Shown here piece after piece: positions 40,325 through 49,300 of a stretch of DNA of 64,000 nt; the first letter of the stretch is position 1, and the number at the start of each line of letters is the position of its first letter. Origin of the DNA: an uncultured Acidobacteriota bacterium (GTDB taxonomy: Bacteria; Acidobacteriota; Thermoanaerobaculia; UBA5066; Gp7-AA6); the NCBI GenBank assembly GCA_963810205.1, contig CAWEMP010000016.1:12001-76000 (forward strand). The letters run 5' to 3'. The position numbers and the translations under genes are program-made. Under the pieces are notes generated by a model, which saw nothing but the letters and a program-made list of their open reading frames with translations, was not told the DNA's origin and did no database searches.

Positions 40325-42856
40325 GTGAGCGCAACGATCCCGCGGGTGACCCCGATGCTCCGGCAGTACTTCGAGATGAAGAGCCGGGTCCCGGACGCGA
40401 TTCTCTTCTACCGGATGGGCGACTTTTACGAGATGTTCTTCGATGACGCGAAGGACGCGGCGCCGCTCCTCGGGATCGCCCTGACGGCCCGCCACCGCGA
40501 CTCCGACATCGAGGCGCCGATGTGCGGGGTCCCGCACCAGGCGGTCGAGCATCACGTGGCGCGGCTGGTGGCGGCCGGCCGCAAGGTCGCCATCTGCGAC
40601 CAGGTCGAGGACCCCCGCGCCGCCCGGGGCCTCGTCCGGCGCGACATCACCCGCGTCGTGACACCCGGCACCGTGCTGGACCCGGAATCGCTCGTCCCGA
40701 GCGCTCCCTCCTATCTGGCCGCCCTGCAGCCCGGCGAACGCGACTGGGGCGTCGCATTTCTCGACGTCTCGACGGGCCGCTTTCTGGCGGGCGCGGTGCC
40801 GGCCGCCCGGGTGGAAGACGTCCTGGCGCTCTTCCGGCCGAGGGAAGTGCTCCTCCCGGAGGGCGCCCCGACACCCGCCTTCCCCGCCACGATCTCCCGC
40901 CGCGACGCCGCGTGGTGGAGCACCGAAGCCCCGGGCGCGGGGGCCGAAGGAGCCGCCGCCGCCGCGCGCGCGTACGCGGGGCAGATGCGCCCCGGCGGCA
41001 TGTCCCACGTGAGGGCGGCCGCCCCTCTGTCCTTCGATCTCCGCATGGGACTCGACGCCGCCGCGATCGCGACGCTCGAGCTCTTCGAGTCCTCGGACGG
41101 GTCCACCGCGCGCAGCCTCTGCACGCTGCTCGACCGCACGCGGACTCCGCTCGGCGCGCGCGCCCTCCGGGCGGCGCTGGCCCACCCGTCGCTCGACCCG
41201 GTGGACCTCGAATCCCGCTGGGACGCGGTCGAGGAGCTCGTCGAGCGGCCAGAGATCTCCGAGGCGCTGCAGGCGGCGCTCGACGATGTCGGAGACCTGG
41301 AGCGGCGCTTCGCCCGGGTCGCGGTCGGCACGGCCGGGCCGCGCGAGGTCGCCGCCCTGGCCGCGGGCCTGAAGGCCGCTCCCCGAGTGGCCGCTGCCGC
41401 CGAAGCGCTCTCGGCGGGTCGGTTCCGGTCCCTCGTCGAGTCGATCCCGGATACCTCGGACTGCGTGGACCGCGTCGAGTCGATGCTCGTCGCGGAACCG
41501 CCGGTCGCGGTGTCGGCCGGCGGCGTCATCCGCGACGGGGCCGACGCGGAGCTCGATCAGCTTCGGGCCCTGCGGAGAGACGCCCAGAGCGCGCTCCTCG
41601 CCGTCGAGGCCGAGGAGCGGCGGCGTTCGGGCATCGGATCGGTGCGCGTGAAGTTCAATCGCGTCTTCGGGTACTCGCTCGAGGTCGGCAACGCCCACAA
41701 GGACCGAGTGCCCGCCGACTGGATTCGCCGCCAATCCCTCGCCAACGCCGAGAGGTTCGTCACCCCGGCGCTCAAGGACCTCGAGGAGAAGATCCTGGGA
41801 GCCGAGGACCGCATCGCCGAGATCGAGGGCCGGCTCTACGGGGACCTGCTCGGCTTCCTTGCGACAGCGGGGGACCGGGTCGGTCGGACGGCCGGGGCGC
41901 TGGCCGAGCTCGATCTCTTCGCGTCCCTCGCCGAGATCGCGCGTTCGGGCCGTTGGATCCGGCCGAGACTCTCCGATAAACCGCGCCTCGCGATCTCCGA
42001 GGGTCGGCACCCGCTCGTCGAGCGGCTCCGGCGCGAGGAAGTCTTCGTTCCCAACGACACGGATCTCGACGCCGACCGGCGCATCCAGGTCGTGACGGGC
42101 CCCAACATGGGCGGGAAGTCCACGTACCTGCGCCAGGTCGCCACGATCGTGCTTCTGGCCCAGGCCGGGTCGTTCGTTCCGGCCGCTCGCGCCGAGCTCT
42201 CGCTCTGCGACCGGATCTTCACCCGCGTGGGCGCCGCGGACCACCTGGCGCGCGGCGAGTCGACGTTCATGGTCGAAATGCTCGAATCCGCGGCGATCCT
42301 GCGCGAAGCGACCGGCCGCAGCCTCGTCATCCTCGACGAGGTGGGCCGCGGCACGTCCACGTTCGACGGCCTGTCGATCGCCTGGGCCCTGCTCGAGCAC
42401 CTTCACGACGCTCCCGGCAAGGCCGCCTTCGTCCTCTTCGCGACCCACTACCACGAGCTCACGGAGGTGGCCCTGGTCAAGCCGGCCGTCGTCAACTCGA
42501 CGATGGCCGTCAAGGAGATCGCGGGCCGCGTGGTCTTCCTCCGCAAGGTCGTGCCGGGGGGCGCGGACCGCAGCTACGGCATCCACGTCGCCGAGCTCGC
42601 CGGGCTTCCCGCGGAGGTGACGGCCCGGGCGCGGGAGGTGCTGGCGAACCTCGAGAAACAGGAGCTCGACGTGCAGGGCGCGCCCGTGCTCGCGCGCCGG
42701 GCGGGGGAGAGCGCCGGCAGCGGCCAGTTCTTGCTCTTCTCGGCCGAGGAGGAGCTCGCGCTCGAGAAGCTGCGGGCGCTCGACATCGACCAGATGACGC
42801 CGATCGCCGCCCTTTCGCTCCTCGCCACGCTCCAGGAGCGTCTGAAGCGATCGTGA
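40325..42856 (+). CDS. mutS: DNA mismatch repair protein MutS
   Basis: Shows TPMLRQYFEMK, MGDFYEMFFDDA, Walker A GPNMGGKSTYLRQ and DEVGRGTSTFDG. Intact 843 aa. Confidence 0.95.
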   Translation: MSATIPRVTPMLRQYFEMKSRVPDAILFYRMGDFYEMFFDDAKDAAPLLGIALTARHRDSDIEAPMCGVPHQAVEHHVARLVAAGRKVAICDQVEDPRAARGLVRRDITRVVTPGTVLDPESLVPSAPSYLAALQPGERDWGVAFLDVSTGRFLAGAVPAARVEDVLALFRPREVLLPEGAPTPAFPATISRRDAAWWSTEAPGAGAEGAAAAARAYAGQMRPGGMSHVRAAAPLSFDLRMGLDAAAIATLELFESSDGSTARSLCTLLDRTRTPLGARALRAALAHPSLDPVDLESRWDAVEELVERPEISEALQAALDDVGDLERRFARVAVGTAGPREVAALAAGLKAAPRVAAAAEALSAGRFRSLVESIPDTSDCVDRVESMLVAEPPVAVSAGGVIRDGADAELDQLRALRRDAQSALLAVEAEERRRSGIGSVRVKFNRVFGYSLEVGNAHKDRVPADWIRRQSLANAERFVTPALKDLEEKILGAEDRIAEIEGRLYGDLLGFLATAGDRVGRTAGALAELDLFASLAEIARSGRWIRPRLSDKPRLAISEGRHPLVERLRREEVFVPNDTDLDADRRIQVVTGPNMGGKSTYLRQVATIVLLAQAGSFVPAARAELSLCDRIFTRVGAADHLARGESTFMVEMLESAAILREATGRSLVILDEVGRGTSTFDGLSIAWALLEHLHDAPGKAAFVLFATHYHELTEVALVKPAVVNSTMAVKEIAGRVVFLRKVVPGGADRSYGIHVAELAGLPAEVTARAREVLANLEKQELDVQGAPVLARRAGESAGSGQFLLFSAEEELALEKLRALDIDQMTPIAALSLLATLQERLKRS

Positions 42857-43868
42857 GCTCGCGCCTCTTCGGCGTGGGCGTGGAAGGCCCATCGCTCACG
42901 CCGCGGGAACGGGAGATCCTCGGGACGCATCCGCCTTACGGCGTGATCCTCTTTCGGCGCAACATCGAGAACGCGCCGCAGCTCGAGAGCGCTGATCGCC
43001 GAGGTCCGCGGCCTCGGGGCCCGCTTTCTCTTCCTCGATCAGGAGGGCGGCCCCGTCGACCGCCTCCGCGATCTGCTGGCCCCCGCGCCGTCGCTCCGGC
43101 GCGGGGCCGGGACGGAGGGCGCCGCGCGCCGCGCCGGCGAGCTTGCCGGGAAGGCGCTCTCCCGTCTCGGATTCGACGTGGACCTCGCGCCCGGTCGTCG
43201 ACCGGGGCCTGCCGGGTGCCGGCGCTCTCGTCCTCGGCGAGCGCTGCGCCTCGGCCGAGCCGGCGCGGATCATCGAGGCGGCCGGAGACTTTCTCGACGG
43301 CCTGCAATCGCAGGGGATCGGCGGATGCCTCAAGCACTTCCCGGGTCTCGGCCGCGCGCGGCTCGATACCCACGAGGCGCTTCCGATCCTGGAGACCGAT
43401 CCGCATCAGCACGCCCTGGACCTGACTCCCTTCGACGCGCTGATGGAGAAGGCGGGGGCGGTCATGATCTCCCACGCCGCCGGCGAGGACGGCATTCCGG
43501 CCTCCCTGTCGGACGCCGTGGGCACGGTCCTGCTGCGCACGGTCCTCGGTTTCGAGGGCGCGGCTTTTTCGGACGACCTCGAGATGGGTGCGCTGGCGGC
43601 CTTCGGGACCCTTCCGGAGCGCTGCGCCCGCGCGGCCATCGCCGGCTGCGACCTGCTCTTCGTCTGCCGGCGCCTGGAGGAGTACCCGGCTGCCATCGCC
43701 GCAGTCGACAGCGGAGTCCCCGCAGAGCGCCTCGCCGAGGCGGAGGAACGGCTCGAAATTTACGCCGGACGCCTCGCCGCCTTGCGGGGCGCGGCCGGCC
43801 GGGATACCGCGACTTCGCTCGAGACTCTGGCCGCCGAGATTCGGTCCTTCGGCGACTCGCTCGCCTGA
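42853..43868 (+). pseudogene. nagZ: beta-N-acetylhexosaminidase (GH3, NagZ-like), 2 frameshifts as sequenced
   Basis: GTG 42853 overlaps the mutS stop (GTGA). Blocks GVILFRRNI, FLFLDQEGGPVDRL, DLAPVVD, KHFPGLGRA and SDDLEMGA sit in three frames. Breaks are near 42990 and at CCC 43190-43192. Confidence 0.8.
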
Positions 43869-43887
43869 AGGGCCCGAACGCCGGCCG

Positions 43888-44175
43888 TCAGAGCCCTTCG
43901 AGAACGATCATGTTGGTGCGCGAGCAGGACTGGCGCAGCGCCTTGCCCTCGGCGTACTCGGCCGAAGCCCACCAGGCCTTCGCCTGCTCGAAGCTCGGGA
44001 ACTCGAGGATCACGGCGCGCTTGGGCGTCCAGTCCCCCTCGAGAACGGCGGTCCTGCCTCCGCGGGCGAGATACCTCCCGCCATGAGCCGCGATCGCCGG
44101 CGGGGCGAGCGCCTTGTATCGCTCGTAGACTCCCGGATCGCGCACGTCGACGTCGACGATCACGTACGCCGGCAT
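43888..44175 (-). CDS. DUF1330 domain protein
   Basis: MPAYVIVDVDVRDPGVYERYKALAPPAIAAHGGRYLARGG...ILEFPSFEQAKAWWASAEY matches the DUF1330 pattern as I recall it. Confidence 0.8.
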   Translation of the reverse strand: MPAYVIVDVDVRDPGVYERYKALAPPAIAAHGGRYLARGGRTAVLEGDWTPKRAVILEFPSFEQAKAWWASAEYAEGKALRQSCSRTNMIVLEGL

Positions 44176-44187
44176 GTCGTCCTTCGG

Positions 44188-44616
44188 CTAGAACGGAACG
44201 TCGTCGTCGTAGCCGCCGCCGCCCGCCGTCGCCGGCTCCGGCGTCTCGGCGACCTCGCGGGCGCCGGCCGAACGCATGCCGTCCTCGCGCTTGGAGAGCA
44301 TGACGACGTTGGAGGCCTTGACCTCCGTCTTGTAGCGTTTCTGACCGGCCTGGTCCTCCCAGCTGCGGGTCTGGAGGCTGCCCTCGACGTAGACCATCTT
44401 GCCCTTGTGGAGATACTCGCCGCAGATCTGCGCGAGCTTCTCCCAGGCCACGATGTCGTGCCACTCGGTCTTCTCCTGCTTGGCGCCCGACGCGTCCTTC
44501 CAGGTCGTCGACGTCGCCACGGAGAAGCGCGCGAGGGTCGTTCCCTGCGGCGTCGTCCGGATCTCCGGGTCCTTTCCGAGGTTTCCGATCAGGATCACTT
44601 TGTTCACGCTGGCCAT
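44188..44616 (-). CDS. ssb: single-stranded DNA-binding protein
   Basis: OB-fold N-terminus [16 protein letters not shown]...TEWHDIVAW, a Gly-rich linker and the acidic tip DDDVPF. SD AAGGAGGG. Confidence 0.95.
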   Translation of the reverse strand: MASVNKVILIGNLGKDPEIRTTPQGTTLARFSVATSTTWKDASGAKQEKTEWHDIVAWEKLAQICGEYLHKGKMVYVEGSLQTRSWEDQAGQKRYKTEVKASNVVMLSKREDGMRSAGAREVAETPEPATAGGGGYDDDVPF

Positions 44617-44711
44617 GTGTTCGCCCTCCTTTCAGGTGCTGGAAACATATTCCACTTCGAGCGGGACAGATGATGTCCTTGCCGCCGGGACGGCTAGAAT
44701 CTCCCAATTCC

Positions 44712-46288
44712 ATGACCGACAACGAGATCGAAGCGACCCGCGGCCACCTCGTGCGCTCGGCGTCGACGATCACGCCGCTGACGCTTCTCTCGCGCATCAC
44801 CGGCTACCTGCGCGACAAGGTCATCGCGGCGACCCTCGGTGCCGGGATGCGGAGCGACGCGTTCCTCGTGGCCTGGCGGATCCCGAACATGCTGCGGGAG
44901 ATCATCGGCGAGGGCGCGATGTCCTCGGCGGTCATCCCCGTCTACACCGAGGTCTCCGCGCGGCGCAGCGCCGAGGAAGCGCGCGCCTTCGTCGGCCGCG
45001 TCGTCGCGACGTTTTCGCTGATCCTCGCGGGGATCACCGTCGCCGGGATCGTTTTCTCGCCCTGGCTCGTCGACGCTGCTCGCCGGGCAGTTCCGCGAGG
45101 ACCCCGGGAAGTTCGAGCTGACCGTCCGGCTCAACCGATGGATCTTCCCGTACATCCTGCTCGTCTCGCTCGCGGCGCTCTGCCAGGCCCTGCTGAACGC
45201 GCATCGCCGATTCGCGGCGGCGGCGGCGGCGCCGATCCTCCTGAACGTCGCCATCATTCTCGCGGCCGTGTTCGTCTCTCCGCGGACCGCCGACCCGACG
45301 TACGGCCTCGCCGCCGGCGTCCTCGCGGGCGGCGTCCTGCAGATCGCGCTGCAGGTGCCGCAGCTGGCGAGGCTCCGCGCGGTCGGGACGCCCCGCTCTC
45401 GGCTGGAGCGATCCGGCGGTCCGCTCGGTCCTGCTGCTCATGGCTCCGCGGCTGCTGGCCTACGGCATCAGCGCTTTCAATACGGTGGTCTCGACGCGGT
45501 TTGCCGCAGGGCTCGGGGGCGGCAGCGTGTCGCACCTGTACTACGCGAACCGTCTCAAGGAGCTCGTGCTCGGGGGCTTCGCCGTATCGGTCGCGACCGC
45601 GATCCTGCCGCTGCTCTCGAAGCAGGCGCTCCTGCCGGACCGCAACCCGTTCAAGGAGAACCTCGCGTTCGCCCTCCGTCTGATCGCGTTCGTCACGGTG
45701 CCGGCGAGCGTCGGCCTCGTGATGCTGCAGGTGCCGATCGTCCGCGTGCTGTTTCAGGGCGGCCGTTTCGGCCCGGCCGACACGCTCGAGACGGCGGGGG
45801 CGCTGGCCACGCTCGCGGCGGGGCTCTTCTTCTTCGCCGGGATCCGCGTCATCGTACCCGCGTTCTACGCACTGAAGAACACCACGATGCCCGTCGTTGC
45901 GGCGCTGGCGGACGCCGTCGTCTTCGTTCTGCTCTGCAACGTCCTGACCCGCCCGCTCGGCCTTCCCGGGATCGGTCTGGCCGCGTCCGCCGCCGCGGCC
46001 GTCAACGTCCTTCTCCTGGTGGCGGTGCTGCGCCGGCAGCAGGGCCGTCTTCGCGGCCGCCAGATCCTCGCTTCGGTCGCCCGCATCGTCGCCGCTGCGG
46101 CGGCCATGGGGGCGTTCCTCTGGGGCGCGCTGCGGGTCGTCCCGGGCGATCGGCTGGCCGGCTGGAGCGGGGCCGGAATTCTCGCGGCCCTGATCGCCTC
46201 GGCCTCCGTCGTCTACTGGCTCGCGGCGCACCTGCTCCGCGCACCCGAGCCGGCGGAGCTCGCCCGCGTGGCGAGGCGGCGCCGTTGA
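44712..46288 (+). pseudogene. murJ: lipid II flippase MurJ, 2 frameshifts as sequenced
   Basis: Shows LSRITGYLRDKVIAATLGAG, FLVAWRIPNMLREIIGEGAMSSAVIP, FPYILLVSLAAL and LYYANRLKELVLGGFAVSVATAILP in three frames. Breaks are near 45074 and at C4 45391-45394. Confidence 0.85.
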
Positions 46289-46755
46289 AGCTCGTCATCC
46301 AGCGCGTGTCGAGTGCGTCGGTGCGCGTCGGGGAGCGGATCGTCGGCGAGATCGGCCGAGGTCTCCTGGTGCTCCTCGGAGCGGAAACCGGCGACGTACC
46401 GGAGCTGGCGGAGGAAGCGGCGCGAAAGGTGGCCGGGCTGCGCGTCTTCGAGGACGAAGCCGGTAGGATGAATCGGTCGCTGTCCGACGTCGAAGGATCC
46501 GTGCTCGTCGTCTCGCAGTTCACCCTCGGCGCGGACCTGTCGCGCGGGCGCCGGCCCGGGTTCGAGCGGGCGCTCCGCGGCCCCGAGGCGGAGCCGCTCT
46601 ACGACCGTTTCCTCGCGGCGATGTCGGCGCAGGGCATCCCGGTGGCGGCCGGTGTGTTCGGCGCCACGATGCAGGTATCCCTGGTCAACGACGGGCCGGC
46701 CACGTTCGTTCTCGAGCTGCCGCGACGCGGCGACGCGCCGGTCATGCGGCCCTAG
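46285..46755 (+). CDS. dtd: D-aminoacyl-tRNA deacylase
   Basis: Shows (M)KLVIQRVSSASV, VVSQFTL and LVNDGPATFVLE. TTG 46285 overlaps the murJ stop (TTGA). Confidence 0.9.
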   Translation: MKLVIQRVSSASVRVGERIVGEIGRGLLVLLGAETGDVPELAEEAARKVAGLRVFEDEAGRMNRSLSDVEGSVLVVSQFTLGADLSRGRRPGFERALRGPEAEPLYDRFLAAMSAQGIPVAAGVFGATMQVSLVNDGPATFVLELPRRGDAPVMRP

Positions 46756-47852
46756 GGCGTGCGGAACGGCGCCAGGGAAAAGCAGAGGAGGAATATGCCG
46801 ATGCACAGGAGCGCGACGAGCGTTCGGCCGAAATCGAGCGGCGCGTCGTCATCGGGCATGGCCGGGTGACGGAAGCCCATGAAGAGCACGACGAACGCGG
46901 TGAAAACGAGCCAGACCGGCGGCCCGAGGAACGAGCCCGCGACCGCCAGGGCCGCGGCCGCCCCCGCGGCGAACGGCTGCCGTTTGCCGAGAAGCGCCCG
47001 CATCACGTGGGAACCGTCCAGCTGGCCGATCGGAAAGAGGTTCATCGCCGTCACGATCAGGCCGAACCACGCCGCCATGAAGGTCGGGTGCTCGTGCACC
47101 GAGGCGCTCGTGTACGGGCCCACGTGCATCCACGTCTGGGCCCAGCGGACGACGAGCGGGTAGTCGAAGAGGGTCGTGCCCGAGGTCAGAGGCGTCGTGC
47201 TCGGCCTCGGATGCGCGACTCCGTAGAGCAGAAACGGGATCGTCGCAACGAAACCGGCGATCGGCCCGGCCGCCCCGATGTCCAGGAGAACGCGCTTGTT
47301 CGGAATCGGCTCCTTGATGCGGATCACGGCCCCGAACGTCCCGAAGGAAAGGACGTTCGGGAGGAGGAAGGGCGAAGGCAGGAAGATCGGGAGCGTCGCG
47401 GCCAGGCCATATCGGCGGCACATGACGTAGTGACCGAGCTCGTGCACGCCGAGGATGACCATGACCGGAACCGAGAAACCGAAACCATCCGAAAATCGCC
47501 CGCCCGCCAGCCACCCGCCCGACGGCGTGAACGCTGCGCCGCCGGCGAGGGTCGTCGTGACGAACGTGAGCAGGAAGAGCGCGAGGTGGAAGAGGGGATG
47601 CTCCGCGGCGCGGCGCCAGCGCGACGGCGCGGGAGGCGAGTCCGGAAACGGATCGGGAGAGGGCTCGGTCAGGGAGTCAGCTCGGGGGCGAGGACTTGCG
47701 CAGCTCGAGGAGCAGGCGCGCCAGGGAGCTCCCGAGCGAGCTCGCCGCGACCTCGAGCGCCCGATAGTCCTCGTCGGAGAGCGGCGCCCCGGCCCGGTCG
47801 GCGTACAGAAATGCGACGAGCCGATCCTTGATTCGCACGGGGAACACGGCAC
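46752..47852 (-). CDS. site-2 protease family (M50) membrane metalloprotease
   Basis: HELGH zinc motif (ILGVHELGHYVMCRR) and multiple TM segments. The start is unresolved: ATG 47852 overlaps the upstream gene by 176 nt, and the only start-like codon after that gene's stop is CTG 47672. Confidence 0.7.
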   Translation of the reverse strand: MPCSPCESRIGSSHFCTPTGPGRRSPTRTIGRSRSRRARSGAPWRACSSSCASPRPRADSLTEPSPDPFPDSPPAPSRWRRAAEHPLFHLALFLLTFVTTTLAGGAAFTPSGGWLAGGRFSDGFGFSVPVMVILGVHELGHYVMCRRYGLAATLPIFLPSPFLLPNVLSFGTFGAVIRIKEPIPNKRVLLDIGAAGPIAGFVATIPFLLYGVAHPRPSTTPLTSGTTLFDYPLVVRWAQTWMHVGPYTSASVHEHPTFMAAWFGLIVTAMNLFPIGQLDGSHVMRALLGKRQPFAAGAAAALAVAGSFLGPPVWLVFTAFVVLFMGFRHPAMPDDDAPLDFGRTLVALLCIGIFLLCFSLAPFRTP

Positions 47853-48981
47853 ACGCCGCCGTGGCCTTGTCTCCGACGAGCTCCGCCAGGGCCGTCGGCA
47901 GCAGGATCCGCGAGAGCGCTCCCCGGTGCGCGTTGCCCGAAAGCTTCACGAACGCGAAGATCGACGGCTCGCCCCAGGGGACTCGCAGCTTCGACACGCG
48001 GGAGCGGGTCAGCCTCCCGCCTCGCCCCGTCCATCCCTGAACCGACTCCTGCGCGGAGACGAGCAGCAGGACGCGGGGGAACCGCGAAGCGAGGGATTCC
48101 AGAGCGGACTCGGCGATGTGATCGCGACCCGTCGACGGCTCCATGTCCGCGAGTCCGACGGCGGGGGAAACCGGCGGTACCGGGGCCGGGGGCGCGGGCG
48201 GCTCCTCGATGGAGGCTTCGTCCTTCCACATGCGCGCGACGAGCTCGTCCGGAGTCGCTGCGTAGGCCGGCGTGAAGTCCGGCAGGAACGCGGGGGACTC
48301 GTCGCTGTCGCTCTGGGGCGTCTCGGCTGATGCAAACGGAGCCGCGAAGCTCGAGGGCACCGGGGCTTCGGCCTCGGGCCCGCCCAGCGCGATCGGGATC
48401 TCGCGGGGCGGGCGGGCGGGCGCGGGCGGCACCAGGGGATTGACGAATCGACCGGAGAGGGGCGCGCGAACGGTGGCGCGGCTCCGATAGAGGCGGCGCT
48501 CCTCGTTGCGTTCCAGCTTCTGCAGAACGCTGCGGAACTCGATCGGCACCGGGCGGCCATAGAACAGATGGAGGGCCTGCAGCAGGCGCACCTCGCTGAT
48601 CACGGCCGGAATGACGGGGCGGCCGGTCAGCGCCGACACCTCGTCGACCGCCGCGAGATTGGACGGGTTCTTGAACGCGACACGCACGCCACGGCCTTCG
48701 AGAGCGTACGGGATGGCCGCCAGCCGCACGGCGGCCCGCTCGGGGAGAGTGCGCACGATGTGTGGCGTGGCCTTCAGGATCTGCGGCCACGTCGCGAAGT
48801 CGCAACGGTGAATCGCCGAGAGCGCCTTCAGGAGACTCTCCTCGCCGAGCAGGTCGCGGTCGAGGAGAATCGTACCGAGGCGGAACGGTTCACCCGTGTG
48901 GCGCTGAAACCCGAGCGCGCTCTGGACGGCTCCTTCCGAGAGGACCCCCTCGGCGATCAGGAGCTCCCCAATGCGCGGCAT
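47677..48981 (-). CDS. MshEN/T2SSE_N-domain protein with Pro-rich linker and conserved uncharacterised C-terminal domain (paralogue 2)
   Basis: N-terminus RIGELLIAEGVLSEGAVQSALGFQ fits the 24-residue MshEN motif. The C-terminal roughly 150 aa align with 49296..50654 (VPWGEPSIFAFV vs LPWTEPSIFLNV, RLVAFLYAD vs KTVAFFYAE). Confidence 0.65.
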   Translation of the reverse strand: MPRIGELLIAEGVLSEGAVQSALGFQRHTGEPFRLGTILLDRDLLGEESLLKALSAIHRCDFATWPQILKATPHIVRTLPERAAVRLAAIPYALEGRGVRVAFKNPSNLAAVDEVSALTGRPVIPAVISEVRLLQALHLFYGRPVPIEFRSVLQKLERNEERRLYRSRATVRAPLSGRFVNPLVPPAPARPPREIPIALGGPEAEAPVPSSFAAPFASAETPQSDSDESPAFLPDFTPAYAATPDELVARMWKDEASIEEPPAPPAPVPPVSPAVGLADMEPSTGRDHIAESALESLASRFPRVLLLVSAQESVQGWTGRGGRLTRSRVSKLRVPWGEPSIFAFVKLSGNAHRGALSRILLPTALAELVGDKATAACAVFPVRIKDRLVAFLYADRAGAPLSDEDYRALEVAASSLGSSLARLLLELRKSSPPS

Positions 48982-48987
48982 GCCTTT

Positions 48988-48993
48988 ATTCTA
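48988..48993 (-). promoter_or_regulatory. -10-like TAGAAT 6 nt upstream of ATG 48981 (leaderless geometry)
   Basis: The minus strand reads CGACATAGAATAAAGGCATG, with no SD. Confidence 0.4.
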
Positions 48994-49003
48994 TGTCGCT
49001 GTT

Positions 49004-49273
49004 TTAGGGCAGGTCTCGAAGGTCTTTTCCGGGCTTGAAGCGAATCGTGTTGCCGGGAGGGATCGAGACCTCGACCCCCGTCTTCGGGTTGCGCCCGATG
49101 CCGCGCTTCCGGCGCTTGACCTGGAAGACTCCGAAACCGCGCAGCTCGATGCGGTCGCCGGCTCCCAGCGCGGAGCGCATGGCCTCGATCACGGTCTCGA
49201 CGGCCGTGGCCGCCTTTGCACGCGGGATCTGTGCAAGATCCACCACGCGGTCGACGATGTCCGCTTTGATCAT
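49004..49273 (-). CDS. HU/IHF-family DNA-binding protein (IHF-like)
   Basis: 89 aa with RIELRGFGVFQVKRRKRGIGRNPKTGVEVSIPPGNTIRFKPGKDL. SD GGAGGAGA. Confidence 0.88.
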   Translation of the reverse strand: MIKADIVDRVVDLAQIPRAKAATAVETVIEAMRSALGAGDRIELRGFGVFQVKRRKRGIGRNPKTGVEVSIPPGNTIRFKPGKDLRDLP

Positions 49274-49294
49274 GTCTCCTCCGGGGTGAGCGGG

Positions 49295-49300
49295 ATTATA
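49295..49300 (-). promoter_or_regulatory. consensus -10 box TATAAT upstream of the IHF/HU gene, overlapping the stop codon of the upstream MshEN gene
   Basis: The minus strand reads GGTTATATAATCCCGCTCACCCCGGAGGAGACATG. TATAAT lies 21 nt before ATG 49273, with SD GGAGGAGA between them. Confidence 0.45.
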
